A stretch of DNA of 64,000 nucleotides from Octopus sinensis (GCF_006345805.1 NC_043007.1:50344001-50408000); one strand, 5' to 3'. Counted from the first letter of the stretch, positions 1 through 14,071 are shown. Program-made: numbers and translations. Notes: generated by a model from the letters alone, not told the origin.

Positions 1-286
1 AATAACAACAATAATAATGATAATTATAAAAAAAATCCACTGGGGTGGTGGCAAGATATAAGAAAATGAAAGAAACGGATCTGTTTCATCTAAATAGCTT
101 CAGTGACAAAAGATTTGATGACAACTAGTAATTTCCTGAACAAATGGAGTCGAGAACACGTCTGCACTTTGTTTGTTATGAAAACACTGCAGTAAATTGA
201 AGCAAAAATTAAGTTGCGTATCACTACCGTTCTTTTGTTGCTACTTAATATAGGATTAACAAAAAAATCAAAGCTATAATAATAAT

Positions 287-470
287 TCTTGCTGCTATAG
301 GCACAAGGCCTGAAACTTTTAAGAAAGGGGCTAGTTGATTACATCGACACCAGTGCTTGACTGGTACTTAATTTATTGAGCCTGAAAGGATGAACGGCAA
401 AGCCGATCTCGGCAAAGTGCTGCTAGGCATTTCGTCCGGCATACTCATGATTCTTTCATCTCGCCGCCTT
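287..470 (-). mobile_element. tRNA-derived SINE, family B (degenerate)
   Basis: Reverse complement of the AAGGCGGCGAG...GAATC head and GCCTTTCATCCTTTC/AGTACCAG body seen in many copies in this window; internal deletion. Confidence 0.8.
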
Positions 471-555
471 AGTGGTTTCAAATTTTGACACAAAACTGGC
501 AATTTATGAGAGAAGTGGGGAGTAGGATACATTGGTCCCAATACTTGACTGGTAC

Positions 556-761
556 TCTTTTACTTGTTTCAGTTATTTGACTGTTGTCGAGCAAATCGAC
601 CCCAGGACTTATTCTATCGGTCTCGATGCTAACACACCAGCATCGGTTGTCAAGCGATGTTGGGGGGACAAACACAGACACACAAACATATACACACATG
701 CATACATACATACATACATACATACATACATACATACACACATACATACATACATACATAT

Positions 762-853
<92 letters not shown>

Positions 854-1013
854 TACGACGGGTTTCTTTCAGTTTCCGTCTACCAAATCCACTCACACCA
901 CTTTGGTCGGCCCGAGGCTATAGTAGAAGACACTTGCCCAAGATGCCACGCAGTGGTACTGAACCCGGAACGATGTGGTTGGTAAACAAGCTACTTACCA
1001 CACAGCCACTCCT
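556..1013 (-). mobile_element. tRNA-derived SINE, family A, with expanded internal (TACA)n/(TA)n tract
   Basis: Minus strand reads AGGAGTGGCTGTGTGGTAAGTAGC...GGGTTCAGT (A/B-box-like head), CTTGGGCAAGTGTCTTCTACTATAGCC body, AACAAGTAAAAGA tail; homologous to 22671-23066 and 50323-50710. Confidence 0.9.
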
Positions 1014-1019
1014 CTGCAT

Positions 1020-1140
1020 ACTGGTACTCGATGAAAGGAAAATCGACCTTGGCAGAATTTGAATTCAGAAACTAAAAGTCGGGTGAAATGCCTCCAGTAA
1101 TTTTGTCTGGCGCAGCAACGATTGTGCCAGCTCGTCGCTA
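1020..1140 (-). mobile_element. SINE family B, partial
   Basis: GATGAAAGG...TCGACCTTGGCAGAATTTGAA...TGCCAGCTCGTCGC matches family B. Confidence 0.7.
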
Positions 1141-1178
1141 ATGATAATAACAACAACAACAACAATAATAATAATAAT

Positions 1179-1392
1179 TCTTTCTACTGGAAGCACATGG
1201 CTTCAAATTTAGGGGAAGGGATTAAGTCGATTACATCGACCCCAGTGTGTAAGTGGTACTTATTTCATCGACCCCGAAGAGATGAAAGGCAAAGTCGACC
1301 TCAGCGGAATTTGAACTCAAAACGTAGAGAATGACTAAATGCCGCTAAGCATATTGCCCGGGGTGCTAACGATTCTGCCAGCTCACCGCCTT
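1179..1392 (-). mobile_element. SINE family B, full length
   Basis: Head AAGGCGGTGAGCTGGCAGAATCGTTAGC, B-box GAGTTCAAATTCC, (ATT)n tail. Confidence 0.9.
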
Positions 1393-1409
1393 AATAATGA
1401 TAATAATAA

Positions 1410-1533
1410 TCGTTTCTGCTGCAGGTACAAGGCCCGAAATTTTGGGGGAGAGGTATAGTCGATTATATCGACTCCAGTCTTCAACTGGTAATTTTTTTAT
1501 CGACCCCGAAAAGATGAAAGGTAAAGTCGACCT
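1410..1533 (-). mobile_element. SINE family B, 3' half only
   Basis: Homology stops abruptly at AAAGTCGACCT, then microsatellite. Confidence 0.8.
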
Positions 1534-1541
1534 AATGATAA

Positions 1542-1624
<83 letters not shown>
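1534..1624. repeat. (ACT)n/(AAT)n compound microsatellite
   Basis: Direct reading. Confidence 0.95.
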
Positions 1625-1626
<2 letters not shown>

Positions 1627-2114
1627 GAAAAGGTCACAGAAAACGAGAAAGCAACCATACTCTGGGATATGCCGATACACACAGATAGAGAAATTAAGGC
1701 CAACAGACCAGATATAGTTGTCAGAGATCATGAAAAAAAAAATGCTTTCTAATTGATGTTCAATACTGGCAGATGACAACGTGTCTCTAAAAGAAATGGA
1801 GAAACTTTCAAAATACAAAGACCTAGAAATAGAGGTAACCAGAATGTGGAATCTAAAAACAGAAACAATCCCTATCATAGTAGGTGCATTAGGCATGATA
1901 AAAAAATATTCAGACGAATACATAACAAAAACACCAGGACTTACAAACATATATGACATACAGAAAATTGCACTATTAGGCACTGCACACATCCTACGCA
2001 GAACACTTTCCATACAATAACCATCAGAGCATCACAACAAATCGCAGAACATACCCAAGGCACACAGAGCTGCGCTCGATAGTGAAGTGAAAGCACGCTA
2101 TAAAATTAAAACTA

Positions 2115-2118
<4 letters not shown>
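1625..2118 (+). mobile_element. 5'-truncated R4/Dong-like non-LTR retrotransposon (restriction-like endonuclease end + 3' UTR)
   Basis: ILWDMPIHTDREIKANRPDI...LID...KLSKYKDLEIEV...IPIIVGALG...GTAHILRRTLS; flanked on both sides by (AAT)n. Confidence 0.9.
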
Positions 2119-2173
<55 letters not shown>

Positions 2174-2391
2174 TTTCTTTTATTGGCCACAAGCACCCAA
2201 GTTATGGAGGACATTATCGAATGACGAGTTACAAAACAACAACAAAATTGCAAAAATAAATTCATATGGGGTTAACATCAGTCAAGGGGAGATACTACAA
2301 CATTAAAGGATATAACAGAAGATATATAATAGAAAGTAGAGAAATAAATAATTAATAAATAAATAGAATCCCCAAAAGCGAGGCAGTCCAC

Positions 2392-3378
2392 TTAGCGTAA
2401 TCCGGGGTAAACCTCGCACAAAAATACCGGATTACTCTGCCATCTCCAAAGCATGGGAAAGTGCCAAGCCAAAGTATTTTGGAAACTGTCCATGATCTTC
2501 AACCTGAACGTCATGTGGAAGACACTACTCAGACTGTTCTCGACGATGCCTAGATTCAATCCTAGGGCATCATCACTAATACCATCAACTAACCCCCTAA
2601 AGAAATCTTGGGTTGTTTTCTCATTAACGGTTTTGGGCGGCTGATACAATGCAGTGAGTGCCTGGCAACATTCTAGATGCCAAACACACAACCTTGGCTT
2701 ACGTTTGACCCATGTCTGCAGCTCTGTCAACGAGATGAGCTGCGGAAAGACGTGTCGCACGAAAGATGCCCAGACCAGTTCACCCTTATTTTCGTTGTCG
2801 TCGTTCACAACATCTCAGTGATTTAGATATTTCCGTAGGTGCGACAGCCACAAAGCTTGACGCCGCATCATTAAGGATGGCATCCCCAAACCATCAGGGT
2901 TTTGGTGTTGACAGCAGATGAATTTTCTAACCAGCAGAACCTAGCCCTTCCATAAGAATCGGAAAAGCAAGCGCTCCAATCTGGTCAGAGTTTTCTTAGA
3001 ACAAAGTACAACGGCTAGGCTGTAGTACACTACCGAAGCGATATATGCATTCCTTACTTTCGGCCGGACTTTCAGACAGCGAAGTGAACACAGCGATGTC
3101 ACTCGGCACATTGCCTCGTGACAGTCAGTATAGTGTCGATCTTTTCTATGTCTGAAGAGTCCGATACCATGACAGTGGGGTCGTCTGCGTATGCAGACAC
3201 AGCTCTCCTGTAACCTAGCTCCAGCGGGATATCCATCAAATTCTTCATCCTTTGCAGCAAGGGTTTTAAAGCTAAAATATATAAAAGCTGGGAAAGGGAG
3301 CTTCCTTGGCATACCGAGCGTTCATTTTGAAAGGCTCCGAGACATAGCCATTCAATTTGACAACCGAGCAGATGCCAC
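2392..3378 (-). pseudogene. L1/Tx1-clade LINE fragment (RT domains 4-5 and downstream region)
   Basis: SVCQGSSLSQLLYILALKPLL, SAYADD, RLERLLFRFLWKG, GLGM motifs; stops and frameshifts. Confidence 0.85.
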
Positions 3379-3379
3379 A

Positions 3380-3595
3380 ATCTTTTCTACTATAGGCACG
3401 AGGCCTGGAATTGGTGGAGGTGGTAAGTCGATTACATCGACCCCAGTACTCAACTGGTGCTGCTTAATTTATCAACCTCGAAAAGATAAAAGGCAAAGTC
3501 GACCTCGGCAGAATTTGAACTCAGAAGGTAGCAGTAGACGAAATGTCGCTAAGCATTTCGTCCGGCGTGCTATTGATTCTGCAAACTCACCGTCT
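3380..3595 (-). mobile_element. SINE family B, full length
   Basis: Same head and body as 1179-1392. Confidence 0.85.
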
Positions 3596-3614
3596 AAATA
3601 ATGATAATAATAAT

Positions 3615-3737
3615 CCTTTCTGCTGTAGGCAAAAAACCAGAAATTTTGAGGGAGGGGTCTAGCTGATTACATCGACCCCAGTCCTCAACTGGTACTTATT
3701 TAATCGACCCCGAAGGATGAAAGGTAAAGTCGACCTA
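3615..3737 (-). mobile_element. SINE family B, 3' half only
   Basis: Ends at AAAGTCGACCT followed by (AAT)n, as at 1533. Confidence 0.8.
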
Positions 3738-3748
3738 ATAATAATATA

Positions 3749-3823
<75 letters not shown>

Positions 3824-3824
<1 letters not shown>

Positions 3825-6275
3825 GGGTGTCAAGGTAGAAGATATAAGATCTGCTCTCAGGAGGTCAAGCAAATGGAAGTCTCCAGGAAAGGATAAAATC
3901 CCTAACTTTTGGTTGAATGCCTTCCCAGAGAGCCATGAACTGCTAGCAGAACTTTACAATGATGTTTTGCAACACCCTAGTAGGATGCCTTCTTGGCTAG
4001 TTAATGGGTTAACATTCCTGCTTCCAAAAAGTGAAGAAACAAATGAACCCAAAAACTATAGACCCATAACCTGCTTAACAACTATGTATAAAACACTAAC
4101 ATCTGTTCTGACGGAATATACCTATAGTTTTTTGACAGACAGCAGCATATTCCCTAATGAACAGAAAGGATGTAAACGTGGATCCTACGGTTGTAAAGAT
4201 CAACTACTCATCAATAAGATGATCTTAGAAGATTGTCACAAACGACACAAAAACTTATCAATAGCTTGGATAGACTATAAAAAGGCTTTTGATAGCCTAC
4301 CACATAGCTGGATTAATAAATGCCTAGAAATGTATAAGATAGCACCTGCTCTGCGAAACTATTTGTCTGTAAGTATGAGATCATGGAGAACCACACTAAC
4401 TTTGAACAGTGACAATGAATCTCTAAATGCTGGTGATGTAAAAATTTCATGTGGCATTTTCCAGGGTGACTCACTATCAACGCTCCTCTTCTGTTAAGCC
4501 TTAATACCTCTCTCAAAACTGCTCAATGACGCGCAGTACGGATATAAAATGTTTGATAAAAATATAAATCATCTCATTTACATGGATGATTTAAAGCTCT
4601 TTGCAAAAAATGACCAACAACTCAAGGGCTTACTAGCGATTGTCAAACAATTCAGTGATGACATCAGAATGCAATTTGGCCTCGATAAATGCGCAAAAGC
4701 TACCTTTATCAAAGGAAAAATGACAGAAACATCTAACGTTAACCTTGACCAGCAGAATGTCATAAAAGAATTAGACCCAGCAGAGAACTACAAGTATCTA
4801 GGGGTAATTGAAGGAGAAGGAATAAAGCATTCAGAGATGAAGGAAAGGATCAGGAGAGAATGCTATCGCAGAGTAAGAGCAATACTCAAGACAGAGCTGA
4901 ATGCGAGAAACAGGATCGAAGCGATCAATGCATTAGCCATACCAGTCGTGACTTACAGTTTCAGTATCGTTAACTGGTCAATTACTGAAATATGTAATCT
5001 TGACAGAAAAATACGAAAACTGTTGACAATGCATATAATGCACCACCCTAAGGCAGATACAGAACGACTTTATCTGCCAAGAAAAGAGGGAGGCCGTGGA
5101 CTTTTACAACTGGCAATAACAATGAAGATTGCTACAATTGGCCTAGACACCTACCTGAAAAGCTCTGAGGACTGGATGTTAAAACTTCTCAAAACATGAA
5201 AACAAGAAAGCATCATACTCAGTAACAAAACAGGCAAAGGAATATCTAAGTGAATTCCGAATGCAACAAATTTCGGAATTAGAGATAGACATACAAGAAA
5301 CAGGCACAGAAAAAGCTAAGCGCATGAAAACCCGTGCTAAATCTGCGGCCTTAGATATTCTGAATGATAAATGGCAAGAAAAACCTCTCTATGGCAAATA
5401 CCCAAAGAGAGCAAATAATGCAGATGTTGACAAAGCCCTGACCCATCAATGGCTAATGGCCTCTGGCTTAAAATCTGAAACAGAGGGGTTTATCATAGCA
5501 GCTCAAGATCAATGCCTTCCAACAAGAAACTACCAGGCCAACATATTAAAGATCAGAAGCAGTCCAACGTGTCGTGTATGCAAACAACAAAATGAAACCA
5601 TTGACCATGTGGTCTCCAAGTGCAGTCTTCTAGCGCCTACAGAGTATCTCAACAGGCACGATAGGGCTGCACAATATATTCACTGGGTAATCTGTAAAAA
5701 CCTGGATTTGCCCCATGAAAAAAACTGGTGGGAACACAAACCACCCCCAGTGCTTGAAAATGACCACATCTCACTCCTCTGGAACTTCACCATTCAAACT
5801 GACAGAAAGATAGATGCAAATAGGCCAGACATCATATTGAAAGACTTCAAACAAAGAACATGCCTCCTCATTGATATGACTGTCCCAATCGATATAAACG
5901 TGTCTGTCAAGACCTACCAAAAACTGAGCAAATATAAAGATCTTGAAATAGAAATCAGCAAAATGTGGAAGCTGAAGACTAAAACAATACCTGTTGTCAT
6001 AGGTGCCCTGGGAATGATAGCAAAAGGGGCAGATAGCTACCTAACTCAGATACCAGGAAACCCAAAAATGGCAGAAATTCAAAAGATAGTGCTCATGGGA
6101 ACTACTCATGTCCTACGAAAAATACTCTCTATGTAATCCCAAGGTTTAAAACAAACTTTTTTTTTAATGTATTAGACATTCACTAGTACTACACCAAAAA
6201 ACCCAAATATATGGCACACTAGGCATAACAACAACGTGAACTTCCAACCTGTTGTCTCTTGAGGTCTCTTGGAGC
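3824..6275 (+). mobile_element. 5'-truncated R4/Dong-like non-LTR retrotransposon (RT + CCHC + restriction-like endonuclease), disrupted ORF
   Basis: ORF pieces 3913-4497, 4549-5199, 5261-6136: YRPITCL, DYKKAFDS, GIFQGDSLS, YMDD, YKYLG, GGRGL, CRVC...ETIDHVVSKC, RPD..LID..KLSKYKDL; begins in an (AAT)n tract. Confidence 0.95.
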
Positions 6276-6773
6276 CAATATTTAATTGGTACCTTCTTTT
6301 ATCGACCTCGAAACAATTAAAGGCAAATTTGACCATGGCGAAATATGAATTCTGAACGTTAAGTCGAAAATATGCTACTAACCATTTTGTCTAGCACGGT
6401 TAGAAAAATACTACAAAGCATCTTGTCCAGCACTGCAATAATTCTGTCAGCTTGCTGTGTTTGCCCAATATTTTCCTTTTAATCTATGAAAAGAAGCAAG
6501 GCTATATAAATCAGATAATAACGACAAAGAAGTGATATGTGACAAGATGTCTTTTATGAAATAAAAAGCTGGGGTAAAATTTAGAGTGAAGGAAAAAGTT
6601 TTATTTATTTGTAGGTGCTCGAACGTTGGTATGCTTCAGAAGATCACTTCGTGATCACGTGATTCTGGCTTCGATCTCACTCTGCGACACCTTCAACAAG
6701 TGACGTATACTGCATCTTTAGTTTGACCAATGCCTTGTGTGTCAATATGGGAGAGAGAAATTGAACGTCATAT

Positions 6774-6839
<66 letters not shown>

Positions 6840-8222
6840 CATCCGCCGTATGAGGCAGACACACTATATATGACATACAATATACATGCCTTAAGAATGA
6901 TAGACACCTGTAAAGTATACACTCCGTATAAGATATACCCAGAGTATGAAACATAGACCCTCTAAAACACATCTATCTATATATTCTCTCCATCTATGTA
7001 AGTATATCTATTCATATGCATGTATATGCGCGCGTATGTGTCAGAGTGAGCGCGCGTATAATGACCGATAGCCAATAACTCGCTGAATTCTTCTTTGATA
7101 GATCACCTGAAAATATTGCGGTACGTAGTCCGTAGAGTTACAATCTTTAGATGCACTTAGCTATATCAGGAAAAAAATTCTTGAATAAAGTGGTGTAATA
7201 TTTATGCCTAATATCTAACTACACGAGTCATGCCCATAGAACACTCCTAAACTTCGAATACAGGCAGATACATTGTTTTAGAAAACTTCGTATAAGACAT
7301 ACAGTTTGTATACGGCATGCTCAGTAGTATAAGAAATAAAGAATTGCATAAGGCATATATAATAGTATGTCATAAACGTCGTATAAGGCATATACATCGT
7401 AAACGACTTATGCAGTCATATAAGGCAAGCACATCGCATAAAGTCTGTAAGCTATAAGTGTCATGAAATATACTCCATCCGCCGTATGAGGCAGACACAT
7501 TATATATGACATACAATATACATGCCTTAAGAATGATAGACACCTGTAAAGTATACACTCCGTATAAGATATACCCAGAGTATGAAACATAGACCCTCTA
7601 AAACACATACACATTGTATAAGATATACACTCCGTATGTTATATAGAACCTCCATAAGTTATATCTGTCTTATTAGGCATGCACGACATATGAAATATAG
7701 ATGCTGTATAAGGCATAAACAATGTATATGGTATATGTACTATATGGAATACAGACACTCTATAATGCAGATATATTATAAAATATGTAAATGCCTTATA
7801 GCAACACATGAAACATAGATGCTGTATAAGTCATACACAAAGTATAAGGTATACGTGTGTACATATCTTATGTATATCTCGTACATTGTATAAGATATAT
7901 AAACACGCGTACATCTTATGCTTTGCAGCAAGACAATTCAGTAAGTCAGCTCGATGAGGGATCAAAGCAAGTTTAAAACTGAAAACATAGGGATAAGCAA
8001 ATTAAACTGCATAGATTGTTTTCGGATATTGATATTCAAGGGATAATGAAATCATATATTTGTATGTTACTTTATTTCATCAATCCCACGTGTTATAAGG
8101 CAAAGACCATATTTTCGGAATTTAAACTCAATATGCAAAGAGTGTTACTGCGAAATATCTGAAGTATGTGCGTGTGAGTGAATGAGTGAGTGAGTGAATG
8201 AGTGAATGAGTGAGTGACTGAG

Positions 8223-8280
<58 letters not shown>

Positions 8281-8689
8281 TGTGTGTGTGTGTGACAGAC
8301 ACTACTATCTCTTTCTGCTTAATCAGATACATAATTTAATTCACGTAAATGCAAATTTATTGTCAGTAATTGCTGCAAACCTGTATTTGTCAAAGTAATA
8401 TCAACTAGAAATCGCTTAAAGTAACCATCACTATTAAAATACATGCTGTACGTGAACAGTAGCACACTGTTGACTTAGTATCAGGGCTTAATAATAACAA
8501 AGATCAATAGACTACGTCAGCTACTAATTATTGTGACCTTGTTACTACAACATGGACAGGTGCTGAACTCGGCCACGCTTATTGCCTTACTTAGCCCTGA
8601 CAATTACACAACACATTGACACACTGCTGTAGTCATGTTATCATTAAGGGTAAGGCAGTGTATCAACCAACAAACTAGATATAGTAATG

Positions 8690-9320
8690 GAAAAATGTTA
8701 TTTAGTTACAGTCCATTTCGTTTTAAGTTTAAATCCTGCCAGAGTCATCTAAGCCGGCCATCCTTCCTGAGTTGATAAAATTTAGTACCAGTCAAATACT
8801 GGGGTCGATTTAATCAAATAACACTGATTCACCAAATTCCTGGCATTGTGCTAAATTTATAAATTCTCCCCCACCCCACCCCTTTATATTTCCCTTTGTT
8901 ACTATTTCCACTAGCAGGCAAACGGAAATCGTTAGGGCGTCGGACTAAATGCTATTTCCCCCCGACCCTCTAACGGTATTTTTGGTCTGATCATTTATGT
9001 CATGAGTTCAGACCCCGTCGATATAAATTTTGCCTTTCATTCTTTTCGGGGTCGATAAAATAGAATATCATTCAAGTAATAGATTCGACAATATCGACTA
9101 ATCCTGACTTCAGATTATTTGTTTTGTTCCAAAAGTAGAAATCTTCAAAAGATGTGGAATGGCAGAATCGTTAGAACAACTAACAAACCCGTCCTACGGT
9201 ATTTCTTCTGACTTTTTACGTTCTGATTTCAAATCCTGCTGAGGTCAATTTTTCTTTCATCCTTCCGGAATGGATGAAATAAAGAACCAGTGAAATACAG
9301 GAATCGATTTAATTATTGTA
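8690..9320 (+). mobile_element. Three tandem old SINE family B copies
   Basis: Degenerate GCAGAATCGTTAG, TTCAAATCC and CTTTCATCCTT motifs repeated three times. Confidence 0.65.
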
Positions 9321-9796
9321 CACCATCATTATATGACTCACTTTATAGTCATGCCCAGTTATATAGAATCTCCTTAAGGTATATCTGTCTTATTAGGCAT
9401 GCACGACATATGAAATATTGATGCTGTATAAGGCATACACAAAGTATAAGGTATACGAGTGTATATATCTTATGTATATCTCGTACATTGTATAAGATAT
9501 ATATACACGCGTACATCTTATGCTTTGCAGCAAGTTAGAATTCAGTAAGTCAGCTCGATGAGGGATCAAAGCAAGATTTAAGGCATGGCTCTGTGCTGGC
9601 GAGTCTTTCAATACGGTAACGCCTTCATGAGCCACACTATGTTATGTTGCACGCGATCTGTTGCATGGAACTTCATTACGGCGGATGGCGTATATTTCAT
9701 GACACTGATAGCTTACATACTTTATGCAATGTGCCTGCCTTATATGACTGCATATGTCGTATACGATGTATATGCCTTATACGACGTTTGTGACGA

Positions 9797-10601
<805 letters not shown>

Positions 10602-10603
10602 CA

Positions 10604-11497
10604 TACGGTGCAATGGGTAAACTATCATTTTCTATTTCTAATTTCGGGCATGCGCTTTTTTGTTTTTAATTTTGTCGACTATACAGTATAATAGGCTCAG
10701 TTTGGAACCGTCTGTGAGAAAAACAGCACCATGACGCAATTTACTTTACCAGAAATTTGGAAACCACACACTGTACTGCTTTGCATTCGCGCCGAAAGCT
10801 CCAATACGAACATTTTAGACCGTTTGGGTGTCAATCTGAGGACAGTGCAAACCTGAGGATATATACCAAGAGTGATAAACATCAAACATCCAGTCAACAT
10901 CATGATGTTTGGAATAATCACTAGCAATTGCGACGTTATGCCTCTATTCATCTTGCCACACGGCCTCAGACTCAACACAGAGGCCTACGTCAAGTGCCTG
11001 GAGGAGATAGTGCTGCCCTGGGTCAAGAGGGTGGCTACTGGAAGACCCTATGTCTGGCAACAGGTCTCTGCACCATGCCACACAAGAAGCAGGAGAACCC
11101 AGTCATATCTGTCAGACAATTTCTGCGACTAGATCCCTCCCAACATCTGGCTAACTAACTCTTCCGACTGCAACTCCCCTGATTATTATGTGTGGGGTGC
11201 AGTTGAGTGAGAGACCAACAAAACTCCTTATAACAGGAAAGATGAACTGAAGGCACGGATTATGGCAACATTCACCAACTTAAACAAAGAGACCGTCCAG
11301 AATAACTGCAGGAGATTCTGAAGTCGTCTGGAGGCCATGGATACGCCAATAACGATTTTATTGAATAAATTTACTCTTTAGTATTTCAAGATATTTTTAT
11401 GTAATTTTGGTAAATATCAATATAATATCTGTTAAAATGAGATGTCAGTGTTATTTTCATTTTTGCATAATTTTGACGGCAGTTTATTCACTGCACC

Positions 11498-11502
<5 letters not shown>
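10604..11502 (+). mobile_element. Internally deleted maT (DD37D) Tc1/mariner element
   Basis: KHPVNIMMFG...YVWQQ(D)SAPCH...DCN.PDYYVWG; termini TACGGTGCAATGGGTAAAC / GTTTATTCACTGCACCCTGTA with TA flanks. Confidence 0.85.
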
Positions 11503-11559
<57 letters not shown>

Positions 11560-12786
11560 CTCTGAATTTTGATGGTTGCTTTCGTCATTATTTCGACCGC
11601 CTGACTTAGATGATTAAGATCGCGCGCACGCACGCACGCACGGACACATTCACATTTTTCCTTATACATTAACATCTACCAAGTCTAGTTATCAAGAGTC
11701 ATTAGATCACCGGAAACCGAATCCAGTTGCTACGGAATCGTGCCACGTCAGCGAGACTGCATCATTTCCTTCGCGGAGACACTTTATTCATGCACCAACT
11801 AAGTCTTGATTTCAGGTACCTGACAACTGTAATTATTGAATTCAAATTTAGTAACCAATCAGCGATTTGTGTTCAATATATTATCATGTGTAGCTAATCA
11901 ATGAGAAAAAAATTAAACGAGAGTTGCTCTTCAAACTTATTTTACAGGCCGAGATTTAAAGAATGACCCTTTCACTCATCAGCCGATTCCATTTAGATTC
12001 TTATAGGTAAGACAGGGTGGAAATACTCCACCGCTATAAGAAGTGGCAGGATTGTGGAAATGAATTATTCATTACTTCGCGTTGCAGGGCTCATTTCATT
12101 CAGCAGCCATCTATCACCTACAAGGAGATATTGATTCACCCGACTGAAAGCTACGGAAGAGTGAAACAACACATCTAAGTATCTTATAATAGTCGAGGTT
12201 AAAACTATGGAAGGTCAGAGTGAAACAAAATATCTGTGAATTCTCTCAAAAACTTCTCCTTTCCTCTTTCGTCAGAAATGCGTTTCCTTGCGTTGGTTCT
12301 ATATTCTTTTTACTGGTTTCATCAGAAGGCTATGGTTAAGCTGTAGCATTACTTTGATAGGTTTTAGTCAATAATATCGAAGTCAGTACTTGTAAATACG
12401 CTTTTGCTATTACTTTTATTATGAACAGTGAAGTAAGGACTTGTAATCAGAATATGAAGAAACGGAAGTTAATGGCATAATTTATTTTGATCGTTGCACT
12501 CTCGATTTTGTTAGAAATAGATACATGCATACATACGTATATGACAAACACATGCACACACATGCGCGCAAGCATACACACATACACACACATGCACACA
12601 CATGCACACACATACACACACGTGCATACGCACACACAAACACACACACATACTGGTAGGTACTTACTTTGGTGTACATAATTAAAGAAAAAGCGTACTA
12701 TGTACAAAAAGCTAAGCATTAATAATATCTGAGATTTGTATTAGAAATATTAGGTCATGTGCTAAGTAGCTACAGTATGATATATA

Positions 12787-14052
12787 CGAGGAGGTGTCAA
12801 AAAGTCCCAGTACTTGTTATGTTTTATAAAAGATAACTAATTTACCTAAGTTTTAACATCAGATCCTTCGAAATAATCACCTTGTGCAGCAATACACCAA
12901 TATCCGCGTTCCTGCCACTTTTGGAATCCAACCTTATGCGATTTGCTCTTGACCTCGACAACAGTGTTAAAACGGTGACCTTTGAGCAGCTTTTTCATCT
13001 TGGGAAAGAGAAGGAAATCTGCAGGTGCTAAACCTGGTGAATAGGGTGGGTGCGGAAGCGATACCATGTTGTTATTGGCGAGCTCGGTGAGAGGGTGCAT
13101 TTTCGTCGTGAGGAATCCAGTTCTTCGTTGCCCCCAGTTCCAGTCACTTTCGCCGTATGCACTCCACCCCACAATACTGAAAAATGTCGTTTTAGAACTC
13201 CCGATTTACGGTTTGACTCTGAGGGTGAATTCTTGATGCACAGTACCTCGGATGTCGAAAAAAACGATGAGCATGCTCTTGATTGAGCTGCGGCTCTGTC
13301 GTGCCTTCTTCGGTCGTGGAGATGAAAGCATCTTCCGTTGTGACGACTACTGCTTCGTCTCAGGGTCGTACCCGTACATCCAACTCTTATCATTGGTCAT
13401 GATCCTCGACATAAAAGATGGGTCATCGGCATCACGCTGACGGAGATTTTGACAGACTTCGACGCAATGTTCTTTCTGATCAGTTCAGCAAGCTGGAAAC
13501 GAACTTGGCAGAGACACACTGCATGTTCAATTCAGACATTAGGATTGCCTGCACGGACCCATACGACAGACTAACAACATCAGCAATGTCGTTGATCGTC
13601 CTCCAACGATCCTCATGAACAAACTGATGAATTTTCTCCACAATTCCTGGGTTGACGCTCGTGGCAGATCTTCCAGATCACTCATCGTCTTCCAGGGATA
13701 CTCTTCCACTTTTAAAGCGCCTCTGCAACGCGACACATTGCGTATGGCCCATTGCCTCGTCGCCATAAGCTTGTCGGAGTATGCTTAATGTCTCTGCTGC
13801 AGACTTTCCAAATTTAACGCAAAATTTCACGTTAGCTCTTTGTTCCAACTTCCTATCCATTATAAAATTGCATACTGCAATATACACGTGATCATAAAAA
13901 CACAAATTTCACAACTTGCGAAGTGAACACAGCGATGTCACTCGGCACATTGCCTCGTGACAGTCAGTGCAAGCTCTCACTGCGCACGCAGCTATGTGCT
14001 GCTATGTGTCACCGTGTTACAGAACTAGTCCAGAAACTTTGATACCAACTCG
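12787..14052 (-). mobile_element. Near full-length degenerate mariner transposon (~1.27 kb, TA TSD)
   Basis: Imperfect TIRs starting CGAG with TA at 12785-86 and 14053-54; transposase 13860->12846: MDRKLEQRANVKFCVKFGK, YGYDPETK, HPPYSPGLAPADF; stops and frameshifts. Confidence 0.92.
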
Positions 14053-14071
14053 TAAATATATATATATATAT

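Noticed and set aside
478-1062. ORFs rich in YI/HT/CV/MY repeats (also 20917-23451, 32309-32802, 40612-42982, 49962-50545, 61544-63305)
   Set aside because: Translations of (TA)n, (CA)n and (TATG)n microsatellites and SINE bodies; no protein signal
3191-3601. 136-aa plus-strand ORF
   Set aside because: Chance read-through of antisense Tx1 sequence into a SINE B
11970-11982. Minus-strand CTGATGAGTGAAA as a hammerhead core
   Set aside because: Only 2 nt between the core halves; no stem II, and no stem I/III pairing found
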